The translations under genes and the position numbers were made by a program. 63,142 nt of DNA, taken from contig CAZFOD010000006.1 in NCBI GenBank assembly GCA_964520545.1, forward strand, positions 1 through 63,142, read 5' to 3'. Below, in pieces: positions 9,731 through 21,230 of the stretch. The notes under the pieces were generated by a model. It had not been told where the DNA came from. It saw only the letters and a list, made by a program, of their open reading frames with translations, and made no database searches. This stretch comes from an uncultured Candidatus Saccharibacteria bacterium (GTDB lineage Bacteria > Patescibacteriota > Minisyncoccia > Phycocordibacterales > CAIZLB01). The first letter of the stretch is position 1. Every line of letters starts with the position of its first letter.

Positions 9731-10684
9731 CTACTTTCTCTTAAGCTCAAACTTCTTTGTGAAGAGATAGAAAAGGAACCAGATAAACATTCCTGCAAGA
9801 GCGATAATCCCCACATAAGTCCAAGGAATAACCCAGAAAGAAATATCTTCTACATCAACAAGATCTCCGTAGCCCCGGTGTAATTCAAGATGAGCTGTGT
9901 ATCTTCCTGCTAAAAACTCCTTTTGCCAAGCTACCTGCCTATACCTTAAAGAGTCAGGTAGGGAAAAATATGCATCCACGGGAAGCTCTGCAACCTTCTG
10001 ACCTAAAACATTTTTTATTGTGATAATACCGTAGGGCACCAAATGCACAGTACCATTATTTCTAAAGAGCATTTCAAATGAAAGCGGGCCTTTTTGTAAA
10101 AATCCCATCCTTTCCCCTGTGACACGAAAATCTTCGAGCTGACCTTCTTCTTTTACTGGACCGTTAATTCTAATGAAAAAAAGTACACCTACTCGAGAAA
10201 TAATTCTTGTATTTGCAGCGGCGCTAATCTCTGAGTCTGAGGGTATGTTTGAAACAATTACCGAAGAATAAAAACCGCCCGGCTGAGCGTCTTTCGGCGC
10301 AGTTACAGTGACAGGAACTTCAATACGCTGACCGAGATCAAGACTGAACTTACTGGTATCTGGTGAAATATTATCTTTAAAAGAGTGCGGGCTTTTATCA
10401 TCACCCAAAAGCACGACTGGTGTCTCTGGGTTTTGCGATCCAATAAAATCCTCAACTTCAATTTTGAAGTCAACCTTTCTATTAATACGACTTATTACAG
10501 AAATATTCTTTGTAACAGTTTCTCCTGGATTTAAAAATATTTCAATTTTACCCGGCTCAAGGACAAAATCACCCTTATTCTCCACCCCCGTATTTGTGAT
10601 AGTGTAGGCGTATACGGGGAAAATAGGAATTAGAATAGCGACTAGGACAATCGCACGCACCGATGTTTTATAAAGAGATTTCAT
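9731..10684 (-). CDS. cell-surface protein with two beta-sandwich-like halves and a C-terminal TM anchor (DUF916/DUF3324-like, tentative)
   Basis: 317 aa with a signal peptide. First half: F.LEPGKIEIFLNPGETVTKNISV....PKDAQPGGFYSSVIV. Second half: FRNNGTVHLVPYGIITIKNVLGQ...GRYTAHLEL. C-terminal TM helix plus a basic tail (IIALAGMFIWFLFYLFTKKFELKRK). Confidence 0.7.
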   Translation of the reverse strand: MKSLYKTSVRAIVLVAILIPIFPVYAYTITNTGVENKGDFVLEPGKIEIFLNPGETVTKNISVISRINRKVDFKIEVEDFIGSQNPETPVVLLGDDKSPHSFKDNISPDTSKFSLDLGQRIEVPVTVTAPKDAQPGGFYSSVIVSNIPSDSEISAAANTRIISRVGVLFFIRINGPVKEEGQLEDFRVTGERMGFLQKGPLSFEMLFRNNGTVHLVPYGIITIKNVLGQKVAELPVDAYFSLPDSLRYRQVAWQKEFLAGRYTAHLELHRGYGDLVDVEDISFWVIPWTYVGIIALAGMFIWFLFYLFTKKFELKRK

Positions 10685-10735
10685 ATCAGACGATTATATA
10701 CGCAACCAGCCTCAGGGTCTAGCCCCTGCAAGATA

Positions 10736-11398
10736 TTAGGAAGCTGTGGCTGTGGCTGTGACTGTTGCGGTGTATGTACCTGAAGGGATGTAAACTCCAT
10801 TTTGTTCAACAGCATAACAAACTGTGGTATCAACACCTGAAGTTGTTGTTGTTGAACTTCTTGTTGAAACCTGAACACCTGAGGTGGTAAAACCTTTATA
10901 TTTTAAAGATGTAGAGATTGAATTCGCGCCACCAGTAGTACAAGTAGAACCGGTACCCCATGTTCCAGTTGGAGTATCTGTACCATAAGCTGAATATCCG
11001 AAATATGCGAAACCTGAAGTTGCAGTCCAAGTATTTGGTGAACCTGTCTGGTAGTCAATAATAGAATTTGATCCTGAAGTCATCGCAGGAGTACTTGTTG
11101 CCTGCACAGTCAGGGTATAACCGCTGGAACTATTTGTCTTAACATTCCAAGTAGTAGTACCTACCGCTGTGTTTTGAGACACACCGAGGGCTACGCTCAT
11201 TGATGCATCTGAGGGGCTAGTGATGGAAACACCTGATGTAACATTGAGTGTAATAACGACGTTGTCAGTTGCTGTCACAGCCTCTGTCGCTGCAGGCTCA
11301 ACAATTGCAAATGTAAGTGCGACTACTAATAGTGTTGCTAAAGAAGAAAAAAATGCTTTTTTTATCAGAACTATATTCATATAGAAACGATTATACAC
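10736..11398 (-). CDS. secreted Ser/Thr-rich beta-rich protein, paralog of 8929..9696 (likely start M7 at 11380)
   Basis: Signal peptide (FFSSLATLLVVALTFAIV). Paralogy with 8929..9696 is described under that feature. TAA stop. Confidence 0.75.
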   Translation of the reverse strand: MYNRFYMNIVLIKKAFFSSLATLLVVALTFAIVEPAATEAVTATDNVVITLNVTSGVSITSPSDASMSVALGVSQNTAVGTTTWNVKTNSSSGYTLTVQATSTPAMTSGSNSIIDYQTGSPNTWTATSGFAYFGYSAYGTDTPTGTWGTGSTCTTGGANSISTSLKYKGFTTSGVQVSTRSSTTTTSGVDTTVCYAVEQNGVYIPSGTYTATVTATATAS

Positions 11399-11799
11399 TT
11401 TTTTTAACTCAATCAGAAATTTTAGTGTGGATAATTTAAATTATTAATCGAATTCGACATTTTAGAAACGCAAGTTATTACCTATATATGAATACGAAAG
11501 ACGTAGCACATATGATTAAAAGATATTACATGGAATATACATCCATACTTTAATTATCGATGAAAAATAAAAAAAGACCTCGCGATGGAGGTGTCATCAG
11601 GGTTTATTCTTTTTTGCATCCTATCATTTTTTTGTCCTGCTTTGAGTCCGGTCTTTCCCGATGTCATCGCCGTATGGTGACGAGTACCCTCTACATTTAA
11701 GGGTAGAGTCCTTGTGTGTCATGTACTGTTAACAGATACACGACGATCGGCCTTGATAAGTTCACGAAGCGTCCGAAGACAACTACGCAAACGGTTTCA

Positions 11800-13310
<1,511 letters not shown>

Positions 13311-13472
13311 AAAACTCAAAACAGAACAAAAAAAGGATATGATGCTGCTAATTCACTGTGCCTGATGCACAATGATTAGCTGTTTAGTTTTCAAAGAAGG
13401 ACCTACTATCCTAAGCTCATTTTTCTTCGGAAATTACCCGAATAAAAATGCCTTCGGTAAGGCGTAGTGGTT

Positions 13473-13500
13473 ATTATAGGCATAATCGTCTTGCCGTCAA
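13473..13500 (-). promoter_or_regulatory. sigma70-type promoter for the 16S gene
   Basis: Minus strand reads TTGACG - 16 nt - TATAAT, about 165 nt upstream of the 16S 5' end. It has the same architecture as the promoter upstream of 23S. Confidence 0.55.
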
Positions 13501-13538
13501 GTGCCTCTATAGAGGGGTAAAAAAGGCCTCTTTTCTAG

Positions 13539-14180
13539 TTATATTCCAACTGAAGGCTCTACCACAACAGGCAGTTCAGCAGCAGTTAAACGGCGGTAAA
13601 TATAGAGTCCCGCGAAGAAGGTTGCCGGGATGGTAAAGAGGAGGCCCACAACCACAGCAAGGACGCCTACAAAATTTATAAGAATAGAAACTGCAAGAAA
13701 ACCAAGCAAATGCCATCTGTGCCCTTTTGTTATAGCAGCACTTTCTTTAAATGACTCGATGACTCCCATATTCTTGTCCACGATAAGAGTGGGTACGAAG
13801 AAATAAACAAGAGACAAGATTACACCTGGAACAATGAGCAGGACAAGACCTACAAGTGTAATAGCACTGAGACAGATATACGCCACAAAGTAAGCAGTGA
13901 ACACACCTCCCATTGTGAAGAGGTCTTTGAACTTCCCCTTACCTTCATCGGCATTAAGGAAAAATCTAGTTATACCTATTCGCAGACAAACACCGATAGC
14001 CAAGGTAACCACAAAAGAAACTATGTTCAGAATAGGATCTGATTTTGCAGCTTCCCCCACTCTTGCCAAGACTATTGAAGCTGCCGCGTAAGCAATAAGC
14101 ACGCCAGCAACTAACCAAAACTGATCTTTAGTTTTTCTCCATCCGTGACTAAACGCGTCGGCAATAGTAAATGTATTCAT
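13539..14180 (-). CDS. integral membrane protein (213 aa, about 5-6 TM helices), function unknown
   Basis: Alternating hydrophobic helices throughout. TAA stop. A TATAAT box lies about 10 nt upstream of the ATG. Confidence 0.7.
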   Translation of the reverse strand: MNTFTIADAFSHGWRKTKDQFWLVAGVLIAYAAASIVLARVGEAAKSDPILNIVSFVVTLAIGVCLRIGITRFFLNADEGKGKFKDLFTMGGVFTAYFVAYICLSAITLVGLVLLIVPGVILSLVYFFVPTLIVDKNMGVIESFKESAAITKGHRWHLLGFLAVSILINFVGVLAVVVGLLFTIPATFFAGLYIYRRLTAAELPVVVEPSVGI

Positions 14181-14237
14181 TGTGTTCTACATTATACCCG
14201 ATTTTGACGCCTTATGATGCTTAAATGTGGAAATCAA

Positions 14238-15149
14238 CTATTTCCCCTTCTGAAATTTCTGCAATGTTACAAGCAATGGACTACCGATGAAGATAGAAGA
14301 ATATGTACCAGTAGCGATACCTATGATAAGCGCGAGAGAGAAAGTACGTGTTGATTCAGGACCGAAAACATACAGTGCAATGAGTGCGAGAATGGTTGTA
14401 AGTGATGTGTTGATTGATCGTGAGAATGTCTGACTGACGCTATCTCCTACAATATGTTCGAATGACTTCTTACCAGTAGCATGTCGGAGATTCTCTCTTG
14501 TTCGATCAAATACCACGATTGTATCGTGCACTGAGAATCCAAGAATAACGAGTAGGGCGGTGATAAACAGGGCATCAATCTCGTAGCCACCTGATCGCCC
14601 GAGAAATGCGAAGATGCCTGTGGGAACGATAACGTCGTGAGCAAGAGCGATAACAGCAACAAACCCATATTTCCATGAAGCTACAGGCTCTGATACTTTA
14701 CGGAATGCAAATGTAATAAAGAGAACGATAGCAAGGATAACGAGAATCATAGACCAGATGGCCTTATTCTGAAGTTCAGCTCCAAGCACAGGGCCGACTG
14801 AATCAAACCTCTTTATCTGTGCCGACACCGTTGAAGTTGATGAATTGCCTATTCCTAGAAGATGAGTTGTAAGTGCCTGTCGTTCAACTTCTGTCAGATT
14901 TCTTGTTCGGATAATATAACTGTCATCTCCTGCAGGTCTAACGAGGGCTTCCCCGAGATTAAGAGTAGAGACGTGGTTCTGAACTTCTTCCTGAGTAGGG
15001 CGTTCTGGACTGTATGCAACTTCAACAATAGATCCACCCTTGAAATCGATACCAAAGTTCAATCCCCAGTGATAGACAGCGAAAAAAGAAAAGGCGATGA
15101 GTAGAACTGATATCGTGTAGAATATTTTTCTGTGTGCGACGACGAACAT
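14238..15149 (-). CDS. secF: protein translocase subunit SecF
   Basis: FGIDFKGGS motif and C-terminal multi-TM region. Lies directly downstream of secD. Confidence 0.9.
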   Translation of the reverse strand: MFVVAHRKIFYTISVLLIAFSFFAVYHWGLNFGIDFKGGSIVEVAYSPERPTQEEVQNHVSTLNLGEALVRPAGDDSYIIRTRNLTEVERQALTTHLLGIGNSSTSTVSAQIKRFDSVGPVLGAELQNKAIWSMILVILAIVLFITFAFRKVSEPVASWKYGFVAVIALAHDVIVPTGIFAFLGRSGGYEIDALFITALLVILGFSVHDTIVVFDRTRENLRHATGKKSFEHIVGDSVSQTFSRSINTSLTTILALIALYVFGPESTRTFSLALIIGIATGTYSSIFIGSPLLVTLQKFQKGK

Positions 15150-15169
15150 GGTATTTTGATTAAATATTA

Positions 15170-16483
15170 TTAATGACTAATGCCGTGACCAAAGAGGAAT
15201 CGACGAACTCCTTCGAACTTTTTTGTACCAATTGCAAGCAAGAATGTACGAGAAACTGTTATCGCTGTAAACATAGAAACGAGTACACCGATAAGGAATA
15301 CGAATGCAAAGCCTTTAATAAGTGATGACGTTGCAAATGTGTACAAGATGACTGCTGTAATGATGCTGGAAAGGTTACTGTCTCTAATTGATAGCCAAGC
15401 TCGATCAAATCCTTCTCGAATACCAGATTCTAGATCAAGACCTTTTTTGAATTCTTCTCTCATTCTTTCAAAGATGAGAATATTTCCGTCAACAGCCATA
15501 CCGATTGAAAGAATAAATCCTGCAAGTCCAGCTGATGTAAGAACGACAGGATAGAGCTTAAATATTGCAAGGTTTATAGCCGTGTAGATAACAAGAGAAA
15601 CAACAGCAACAAGACCTGGTAATCGATACCAGAGGACCAAGAAAAGAGCGATGATTGCGAATCCCCATATACCTGCGTTTACACTCGCAGCAAGTGCGTC
15701 TGCACCCAAAGAAGCTCCGATTGATTGTGTGCCAATAAGCTCTACAGGAACGGGCAACGCTCCATACTTAAGACTACTAGCAAGATCGCGAGCCTCCTGT
15801 GCTGTAAATCTGCCGCTGATAACTGCCTTACCGTTTCGAATCTCATCTCTCACGACTGGTGCTGAAATAATTTCTCCGTCGAGGAAGATTGCTATTGTCT
15901 TACCAATATTTGCTTTTGTAAGTGCCGCGAAAAGATTTGATCCCTCTTCATTGAATGTAAGTGATACCACGGGCTGATTTGTATTTGGGTCAAACTGAAC
16001 CTGAGCACTCTCAAGATAACGACCTGTAAGTTCTGTGTTTTCAAAAAGAGCTGCGACATTTTCTGTACTTGTAGCGGTCTCATAGTTAACACCAGGCTTT
16101 TCTTTCTTGAATTCAAGCACTGGAGTCTGTCCAATTGTTTTAACCGCTTGGTCAATATCTGTAACACCTGGGAGCTCTACAACAAGCTTATGAATCTCTT
16201 GTCCGTTTACAGTCGCCTTCTCTGTTTGAACAATTGTCTCAGAAACACCAGACGGATTCACACGCCTTTCGATAACCTGTCGGAGTGTTTCCATTGCACC
16301 ATCAGTATCAGCAGGAGCTATTTTAGATAGATCGGCTTGATAAACGAGGTGGCTACCTCCGTTCAAATCAAGACCTAGCTTAAAGGGGTATTTTGATTCA
16401 GGAAGCTGTGATTTATATACGAATAAGCTGATAAGGATACCGGCGATGATGAGGCCAAAGGCCCCGAGGCGTGTCTTTGTCAT
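15170..16483 (-). CDS. secD: protein translocase subunit SecD
   Basis: LGLDLNGGSHLVYQAD motif, periplasmic-domain-like middle region and C-terminal multi-TM region. Confidence 0.9.
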   Translation of the reverse strand: MTKTRLGAFGLIIAGILISLFVYKSQLPESKYPFKLGLDLNGGSHLVYQADLSKIAPADTDGAMETLRQVIERRVNPSGVSETIVQTEKATVNGQEIHKLVVELPGVTDIDQAVKTIGQTPVLEFKKEKPGVNYETATSTENVAALFENTELTGRYLESAQVQFDPNTNQPVVSLTFNEEGSNLFAALTKANIGKTIAIFLDGEIISAPVVRDEIRNGKAVISGRFTAQEARDLASSLKYGALPVPVELIGTQSIGASLGADALAASVNAGIWGFAIIALFLVLWYRLPGLVAVVSLVIYTAINLAIFKLYPVVLTSAGLAGFILSIGMAVDGNILIFERMREEFKKGLDLESGIREGFDRAWLSIRDSNLSSIITAVILYTFATSSLIKGFAFVFLIGVLVSMFTAITVSRTFLLAIGTKKFEGVRRFLFGHGISH

Positions 16484-16519
16484 ATTAGTTAAGTGGCGCT
16501 TATTATACCGATATTTACC

Positions 16520-17884
16520 TTAAATACCAGTTCGAGACAAAAGGGTCTTAATCGTCTGAAGACCAATCTTCAAATCGAGGGGGAAGGAACGATGTTTAAG
16601 ATAGTAAAGATCATAAGCAAGTTTTACCTTGGTTTCCTCGACAGAGTGTGGTGGTATATCATGGTGTATTTGTGCCCAACCAGAAAGACCTGGTTTTATG
16701 AGATGTCGAACGTTGTAATATGGTATCTCTGAATTATAGAAGTCTACGAGTTTTGGAAGTTCAGGCCGTGGACCGATAAGGGAAACGTCTCCCTTAATAA
16801 CATTCCATAATTGTGGTAACTCATCGATACGTGACTTGCGCAAAAACCGTCCTACTTTTGTCACTCTGTTATCCTTTGCCTGCTCAGGATTCTTTGTTAA
16901 CTGCATCTTTCCATCATCAACTGCTGTCATAGTGCGAAACTTTACGATACGAATAGGCTCATTGTTCTCCCCTGCTCGCTCTTGAAATATGAAAATTGAG
17001 CCACGATCCTCTATCTTTATCGCCAACCAAACAAATGGATAGAAGATAAGTGAAACAACAGCAAACGGCACTGAAACAACAATATCCATGAGGCGTTTAA
17101 GAATGTCATAGAGAAAGTTTGGAGCAAGAGATATGTGCTCTACAAACCAGCTTTCATCGAGAAGTCCAAGTGGCTCTCGTCCGAAGATGTCTTCGTACAT
17201 TTCATGTATGTCTACAAAACGCACGCCAGAAAACATCAAATCGTATAGGCTAGCGAAGAGAGGTTGAGTACTTGGATTTCGTAAATCTATAGCAATAACA
17301 GCAATTTGATGTGCCACTATCTTCTCTTTAAGATCAACTATTGATTCCTTAGTGGTAAACATTGCAGGGTCGAGCATGAGAACGAAATCAAGACCAGAAA
17401 CAGTAGTACCTGTATTACTAAACCTGTCACGAAGCTCAACTAACTCTGTGCCACTACCTATGATCATGGCATTTACTGGTTTTCTACTTGATATCCTCGG
17501 GTACATCACAAGACGCCATACACCCAAAAGAACTGAAGAAACTAAAAGATACAAGAAAAGATTAGCTTTTGGTGTAATACCAAAATATGGAACAGAGTAG
17601 AAGAATATGAGTGCGATTACAAGGTTTGTAATATGCGCACCAGCAAGTTTTCCTGGCAGCCTGTTCTTAATAAAAAGAATATGCCGCTCATAAAGTCCCA
17701 CAATAAAAAACACGAGTACCCAAACCACATAAAGCAATAGAAAAGGAACCAAATGGTCGATAAAAAGGTCAGTTGCAGGGACCTGCGCATAACGAATTGT
17801 TAAAGTAATCCACAGAGACACAATAAAAACAGCGATATCGCCAGCAACTAGCCCTTCTGATTCCCTTTTACGCAAGCTGTTCAT
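16520..17884 (-). CDS. polyprenyl-phosphate glycosyl-1-phosphate transferase (WbaP/bacterial sugar transferase family)
   Basis: N-terminal TM helices. The C-terminal catalytic block reads EDRGSIFIFQERAGENNEPIRIVKFRTM...DELPQLWNVIKGDVSLIGPRPE. Confidence 0.9.
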   Translation of the reverse strand: MNSLRKRESEGLVAGDIAVFIVSLWITLTIRYAQVPATDLFIDHLVPFLLLYVVWVLVFFIVGLYERHILFIKNRLPGKLAGAHITNLVIALIFFYSVPYFGITPKANLFLYLLVSSVLLGVWRLVMYPRISSRKPVNAMIIGSGTELVELRDRFSNTGTTVSGLDFVLMLDPAMFTTKESIVDLKEKIVAHQIAVIAIDLRNPSTQPLFASLYDLMFSGVRFVDIHEMYEDIFGREPLGLLDESWFVEHISLAPNFLYDILKRLMDIVVSVPFAVVSLIFYPFVWLAIKIEDRGSIFIFQERAGENNEPIRIVKFRTMTAVDDGKMQLTKNPEQAKDNRVTKVGRFLRKSRIDELPQLWNVIKGDVSLIGPRPELPKLVDFYNSEIPYYNVRHLIKPGLSGWAQIHHDIPPHSVEETKVKLAYDLYYLKHRSFPLDLKIGLQTIKTLLSRTGI

Positions 17885-17934
17885 GTTAGGTTATTTTATG
17901 CAATACTATACTACACAATATAGAAAATTACCGC

Positions 17935-19059
17935 ATGACCAAGATCCTTTATGTAATTACCAAATCAAACTTCGGAGGGGCCCAAAGGTATGTATATGAA
18001 CTAGCTACAGGGCTCCCCAAGGAGGCATTTAAGGCCGAAGTTGCCCTAGGAGGCACAGGCCTTTTGAAAACAAAGCTTGCCGAGGCCGGCATCCCAGTCC
18101 ACCAAATCGCTGGGGCAGCACGGGATATAAGCATATTCAAGGAAGTGCAGGTACTAGCGAGTCTGTTTCGAATATTTAGGAAAGTTAAACCGGATGTGGT
18201 TCATCTCAATAGCTCGAAAATCGGAGGATTAGGGGCGCTTGCAGCACGACTTGCTGGAGTTAAGAAAATCATCTTTACAAACCACGGGTGGTCATTCAAA
18301 GAACAGCGCCCAGAGTGGCAGACAGCTGTCATCAAATTCCTTTCTTGGCTTACAGTCTTCTTGTCCAATATAACAATTGTTCTTTCGGAACGGGAGAAAG
18401 ACCACGCCAGCTCATGGCCATTCATAAAAGGTAAACTTAAAGTCATACCCAACGGCCTACTTCCCTTTGAACTACTCTCAAAAGAAGAGGCACTCAGAAA
18501 GCTTGTTGGTGACGATATGTTCTTAAAAATTCAAGAAGAAAAGATCCGTGTACTAGGAACAATTGCCGAGCTAACTAACAACAAAGGCCTCATCTACGCC
18601 ATCGATGGATTAGCGCTACTTAACGATCCTCGCACCATCTTCATTGTAATTGGCGAAGGAGAAGAACGAAAAAACCTAGAGAAAGCAGCTCTCGAAAACG
18701 GGATTAGTGACAAAGTTTTTCTTGTTGGCTCAGTTGCAGAAGCAAGAACATACCTTAGCGCATTCGACTTTTTCATCCTCCCATCGGTTAAGGAGGGTCT
18801 ACCATATGCCATCCTCGAAGCGGGCTATGCAAAACTACCTGTCATTGCAACTCACGTCGGAGGAATTCCCGAAATGATCACAAACATGAATGAAGGGTTC
18901 CTCATTTCACCACGACGCCCTCAAGAGATTAAACATGCACTCATCTACGTAGAAAATCACCCAGAGGATATAAAAGCACTGGCATCTAATTTAAAAAGAA
19001 AAATTGAGACACAGTACAGCTTTGAAGGAATGTTGAATTCTACAAAAAACCTCTACTAG
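17935..19059 (+). CDS. glycosyltransferase, GT4 (GT-B) family
   Basis: GGAQRY near the N-terminus and a C-terminal E(x7)E-type block (PSVKEGLPYAILEAGYAKLPVIATHVGGIPEMI). Confidence 0.85.
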   Translation: MTKILYVITKSNFGGAQRYVYELATGLPKEAFKAEVALGGTGLLKTKLAEAGIPVHQIAGAARDISIFKEVQVLASLFRIFRKVKPDVVHLNSSKIGGLGALAARLAGVKKIIFTNHGWSFKEQRPEWQTAVIKFLSWLTVFLSNITIVLSEREKDHASSWPFIKGKLKVIPNGLLPFELLSKEEALRKLVGDDMFLKIQEEKIRVLGTIAELTNNKGLIYAIDGLALLNDPRTIFIVIGEGEERKNLEKAALENGISDKVFLVGSVAEARTYLSAFDFFILPSVKEGLPYAILEAGYAKLPVIATHVGGIPEMITNMNEGFLISPRRPQEIKHALIYVENHPEDIKALASNLKRKIETQYSFEGMLNSTKNLY

Positions 19060-19060
19060 G

Positions 19061-20182
19061 TTATGTCCCAATAAACTCGTTTTTGATTACTTCGCGATGC
19101 ATTGCCCTCGCGTAATTTTTCATACCCATAAGGATTCCTAGTGCGAGAAACTCGCTCACAAGATGCGAACCTCCGTAACTCATGAACGGAACTGGAATAC
19201 CCGTAACCGGCATAATACCGATATTCATACCGATATTGATCGTAAGGTGTGTCATAAAGAGAATAGCGACACCCGTGCCGTATAGAATTTCAAAGTTGGT
19301 CTCCCCTCTCATTGAGATGGAAAGAATACGCCAGAATACGACTCCATAAAGGAGGAATAAAATGATGACACCAATATACCCCCACTCTTCAGCAAAAGCA
19401 GCAAAAATGAAATCAGTCTCATACTCAGGTAAGAAATTGAGACGTGATTGTGTCCCGTACCCAATACCCTTTCCAAGAGCCTGTCCAGAACCAACCGTAA
19501 TCATTGCCTGGTAAGCGTTGTATCCGCTACCCCGAACATTCGCCAATGGGTGTAAGAAGTTAATAATACGATCCTTTTGATATTGTTTAAAAGCAAAACT
19601 CCACATACCCGCAAACGTTACCGCACATATCATAAAAACAACCGCGAGATGTTTCTTTGAGATACCAGACACAAGCACCATCCCAAACCAAATTGCAAAG
19701 ATGGTAATTGTTGAACCAAAGTCTGGCTGCAGAAGCACAAGTCCACCGACTATGGCGGCATATACACCGGAGACAATGATGTGCTTAAAATGTGCAATCT
19801 CTACATGTCTACGAGAGAAATATTTTGCCAAAAGTAGGATAACTACGATCTTAGCAGGATCTGATGGTTGGATTGAAAACAATCCGAGACGAATCCAACT
19901 TTGTGCTCCCTTTGAAACATGACCGACACCGAAAAGTACTAGTAGACCTAAAACAGCAATACTAAAAAGTGTCATAATCACCGACGTTCTCCTTAGAAAT
20001 CTGAAGTCGATAAAACTACACGCGTAAAAGACAGTAAACCCGATCAATACCCAAATAAACTGTCTTTCAAAAAGATTTCCCTCTCCTGTAAATGAATTCA
20101 TCGTCACAAGACCCGCACCAAGAATTGGAATTAGTGCGCCAGCTAAATACCAGTCAATTCGTGAGAATAACTTTCGAATCAT
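19061..20182 (-). CDS. SEDS-family peptidoglycan polymerase (FtsW/RodA/SpoVE)
   Basis: Ten-TM-like profile with the conserved LQPDFGS and FLPEYETDFIFAAFAEEWGYIG blocks. Confidence 0.9.
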   Translation of the reverse strand: MIRKLFSRIDWYLAGALIPILGAGLVTMNSFTGEGNLFERQFIWVLIGFTVFYACSFIDFRFLRRTSVIMTLFSIAVLGLLVLFGVGHVSKGAQSWIRLGLFSIQPSDPAKIVVILLLAKYFSRRHVEIAHFKHIIVSGVYAAIVGGLVLLQPDFGSTITIFAIWFGMVLVSGISKKHLAVVFMICAVTFAGMWSFAFKQYQKDRIINFLHPLANVRGSGYNAYQAMITVGSGQALGKGIGYGTQSRLNFLPEYETDFIFAAFAEEWGYIGVIILFLLYGVVFWRILSISMRGETNFEILYGTGVAILFMTHLTINIGMNIGIMPVTGIPVPFMSYGGSHLVSEFLALGILMGMKNYARAMHREVIKNEFIGT

Positions 20183-20958
20183 AGAGTGAGCGAGATGGGC
20201 AACTTAGGCACAATCTCGATCTTTGAAACCGATGAAGGGAATGCTTGTGGCCAAGTGAAGATGAGAGGTTCCGTAGCGCTACCATCAAGCTGGTCGACAA
20301 ATGTGCGTGAAGCTGCCATTGCGTTTCCCTTTTCGTCATAGACCACTGCCACAACTTCCACTTTCTTGTACCTATTTATCGTCTTGTTCACAATCTTCGC
20401 CTCAATACGAGGACCTGATACTGGTGTAGAAAGACGTTCATCGATGATGTCCAACTCCGGTTTTACCCCTTCATACTTTTTCCAAGGCACACCTCGAATG
20501 AATTCAAAATAGGTAACAAAAGGAATCCTTTGTCCTGCGTTGAATCCTTGTTCAAATATTGGAAATACTTTTGTTGGAGGAACATCAGCATATCCCTCTC
20601 TAACTCCAATTAACACATTGTCCTTGTCATACACTCTGAAAATATATTTAGTTGGCTCTGCAACATACTCAACGTTTGCATTCTGAACATTAGCAACAAG
20701 ATTGTAGTAACCATTAGTAACAGGAAAAGCTCGTGACCACAAAGTTACAGGAAGAGGTATGACATCTAGAATACAAGCTCGTTCACATACACCTCCGCAG
20801 TCTACACCTGTTTCATTCTGATTCATTTTTCCATCTGCGCACGTTGGTACTCGGTTGTAGAAATTAAGGAAAACTGGAATACCAATGACGAGCAAAACAA
20901 AGAGGACGGCAAACGATCCGAATATTAACTGACGACGTGAGTTCCAAGACATGGACAT
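20179..20958 (-). CDS. membrane-anchored hypothetical protein with a Cys-rich module (259 aa)
   Basis: N-terminal TM helix, then CADGKMNQNETGVDCGGVCERAC. TGA stop overlaps the ATG of the SEDS gene (ATGA). Confidence 0.7.
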   Translation of the reverse strand: MSMSWNSRRQLIFGSFAVLFVLLVIGIPVFLNFYNRVPTCADGKMNQNETGVDCGGVCERACILDVIPLPVTLWSRAFPVTNGYYNLVANVQNANVEYVAEPTKYIFRVYDKDNVLIGVREGYADVPPTKVFPIFEQGFNAGQRIPFVTYFEFIRGVPWKKYEGVKPELDIIDERLSTPVSGPRIEAKIVNKTINRYKKVEVVAVVYDEKGNAMAASRTFVDQLDGSATEPLIFTWPQAFPSSVSKIEIVPKLPISLTL

Positions 20959-20997
20959 AGTATATCAAACCTTGAGAATTTTTTTGCAAACAAAAAA

Positions 20998-21011
20998 GCC
21001 CCTTGCGGAGC
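20998..21011 (-). terminator. rho-independent terminator after 5S rRNA
   Basis: Minus strand reads GCTCC GCAA GGGGC followed by TTTTTTG. Confidence 0.55.
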
Positions 21012-21031
21012 CTTTCTTTGTTGAATACTTT

Positions 21032-21142
21032 GTTCTGGCGACGAGCTACTTTCCCCGTTGCCGAGTATCATCGCCTCTGAAGGGCTTAACTTCTGAGTTC
21101 GGAAAGAGATCAGGTGTGACCCCTTCGATGAATCACCAGAAC
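21032..21142 (-). rRNA. rrf: 5S ribosomal RNA
   Basis: The reverse complement reads GTTCTGGTGATTCATCGAAGGGGTCACACCTGATCTCTTTCCGAACTCAGAAGTTAAGCCCTTCAGAGGCGATGATACTCGGCAACGGGGAAAGTAGCTCGTCGCCAGAAC. It carries the CCGAACTCAGAAGTTAAGC signature and a closing helix GTTCTGG/CCAGAAC. Confidence 0.9.
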
Positions 21143-21230
21143 AAAACATTCAACCAACACTATTGAGAATTGGAAAGAGGACGCGATACACTTGATCGCG
21201 ACATCATCTTGAGTTCACCTAATGGTGAAC

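Noticed and set aside
11587-11593. CACCUCC about 200 nt downstream of helix 45. It could be a displaced anti-SD separated from the 16S body by a 3'-terminal intron or expansion.
   Set aside because: It lies outside (3' of) the leader-trailer processing helices and forms one arm of the terminator hairpin followed by U7. No splice junction obeying the U...G rule would restore GGAUCACCUCC. It is kept as a caveat under the anti-SD finding.
16493-16732. 79-aa + strand ORF between secD and the sugar transferase gene.
   Set aside because: It overlaps the 3' end of the well-supported sugar transferase gene on the opposite strand and has no motif.
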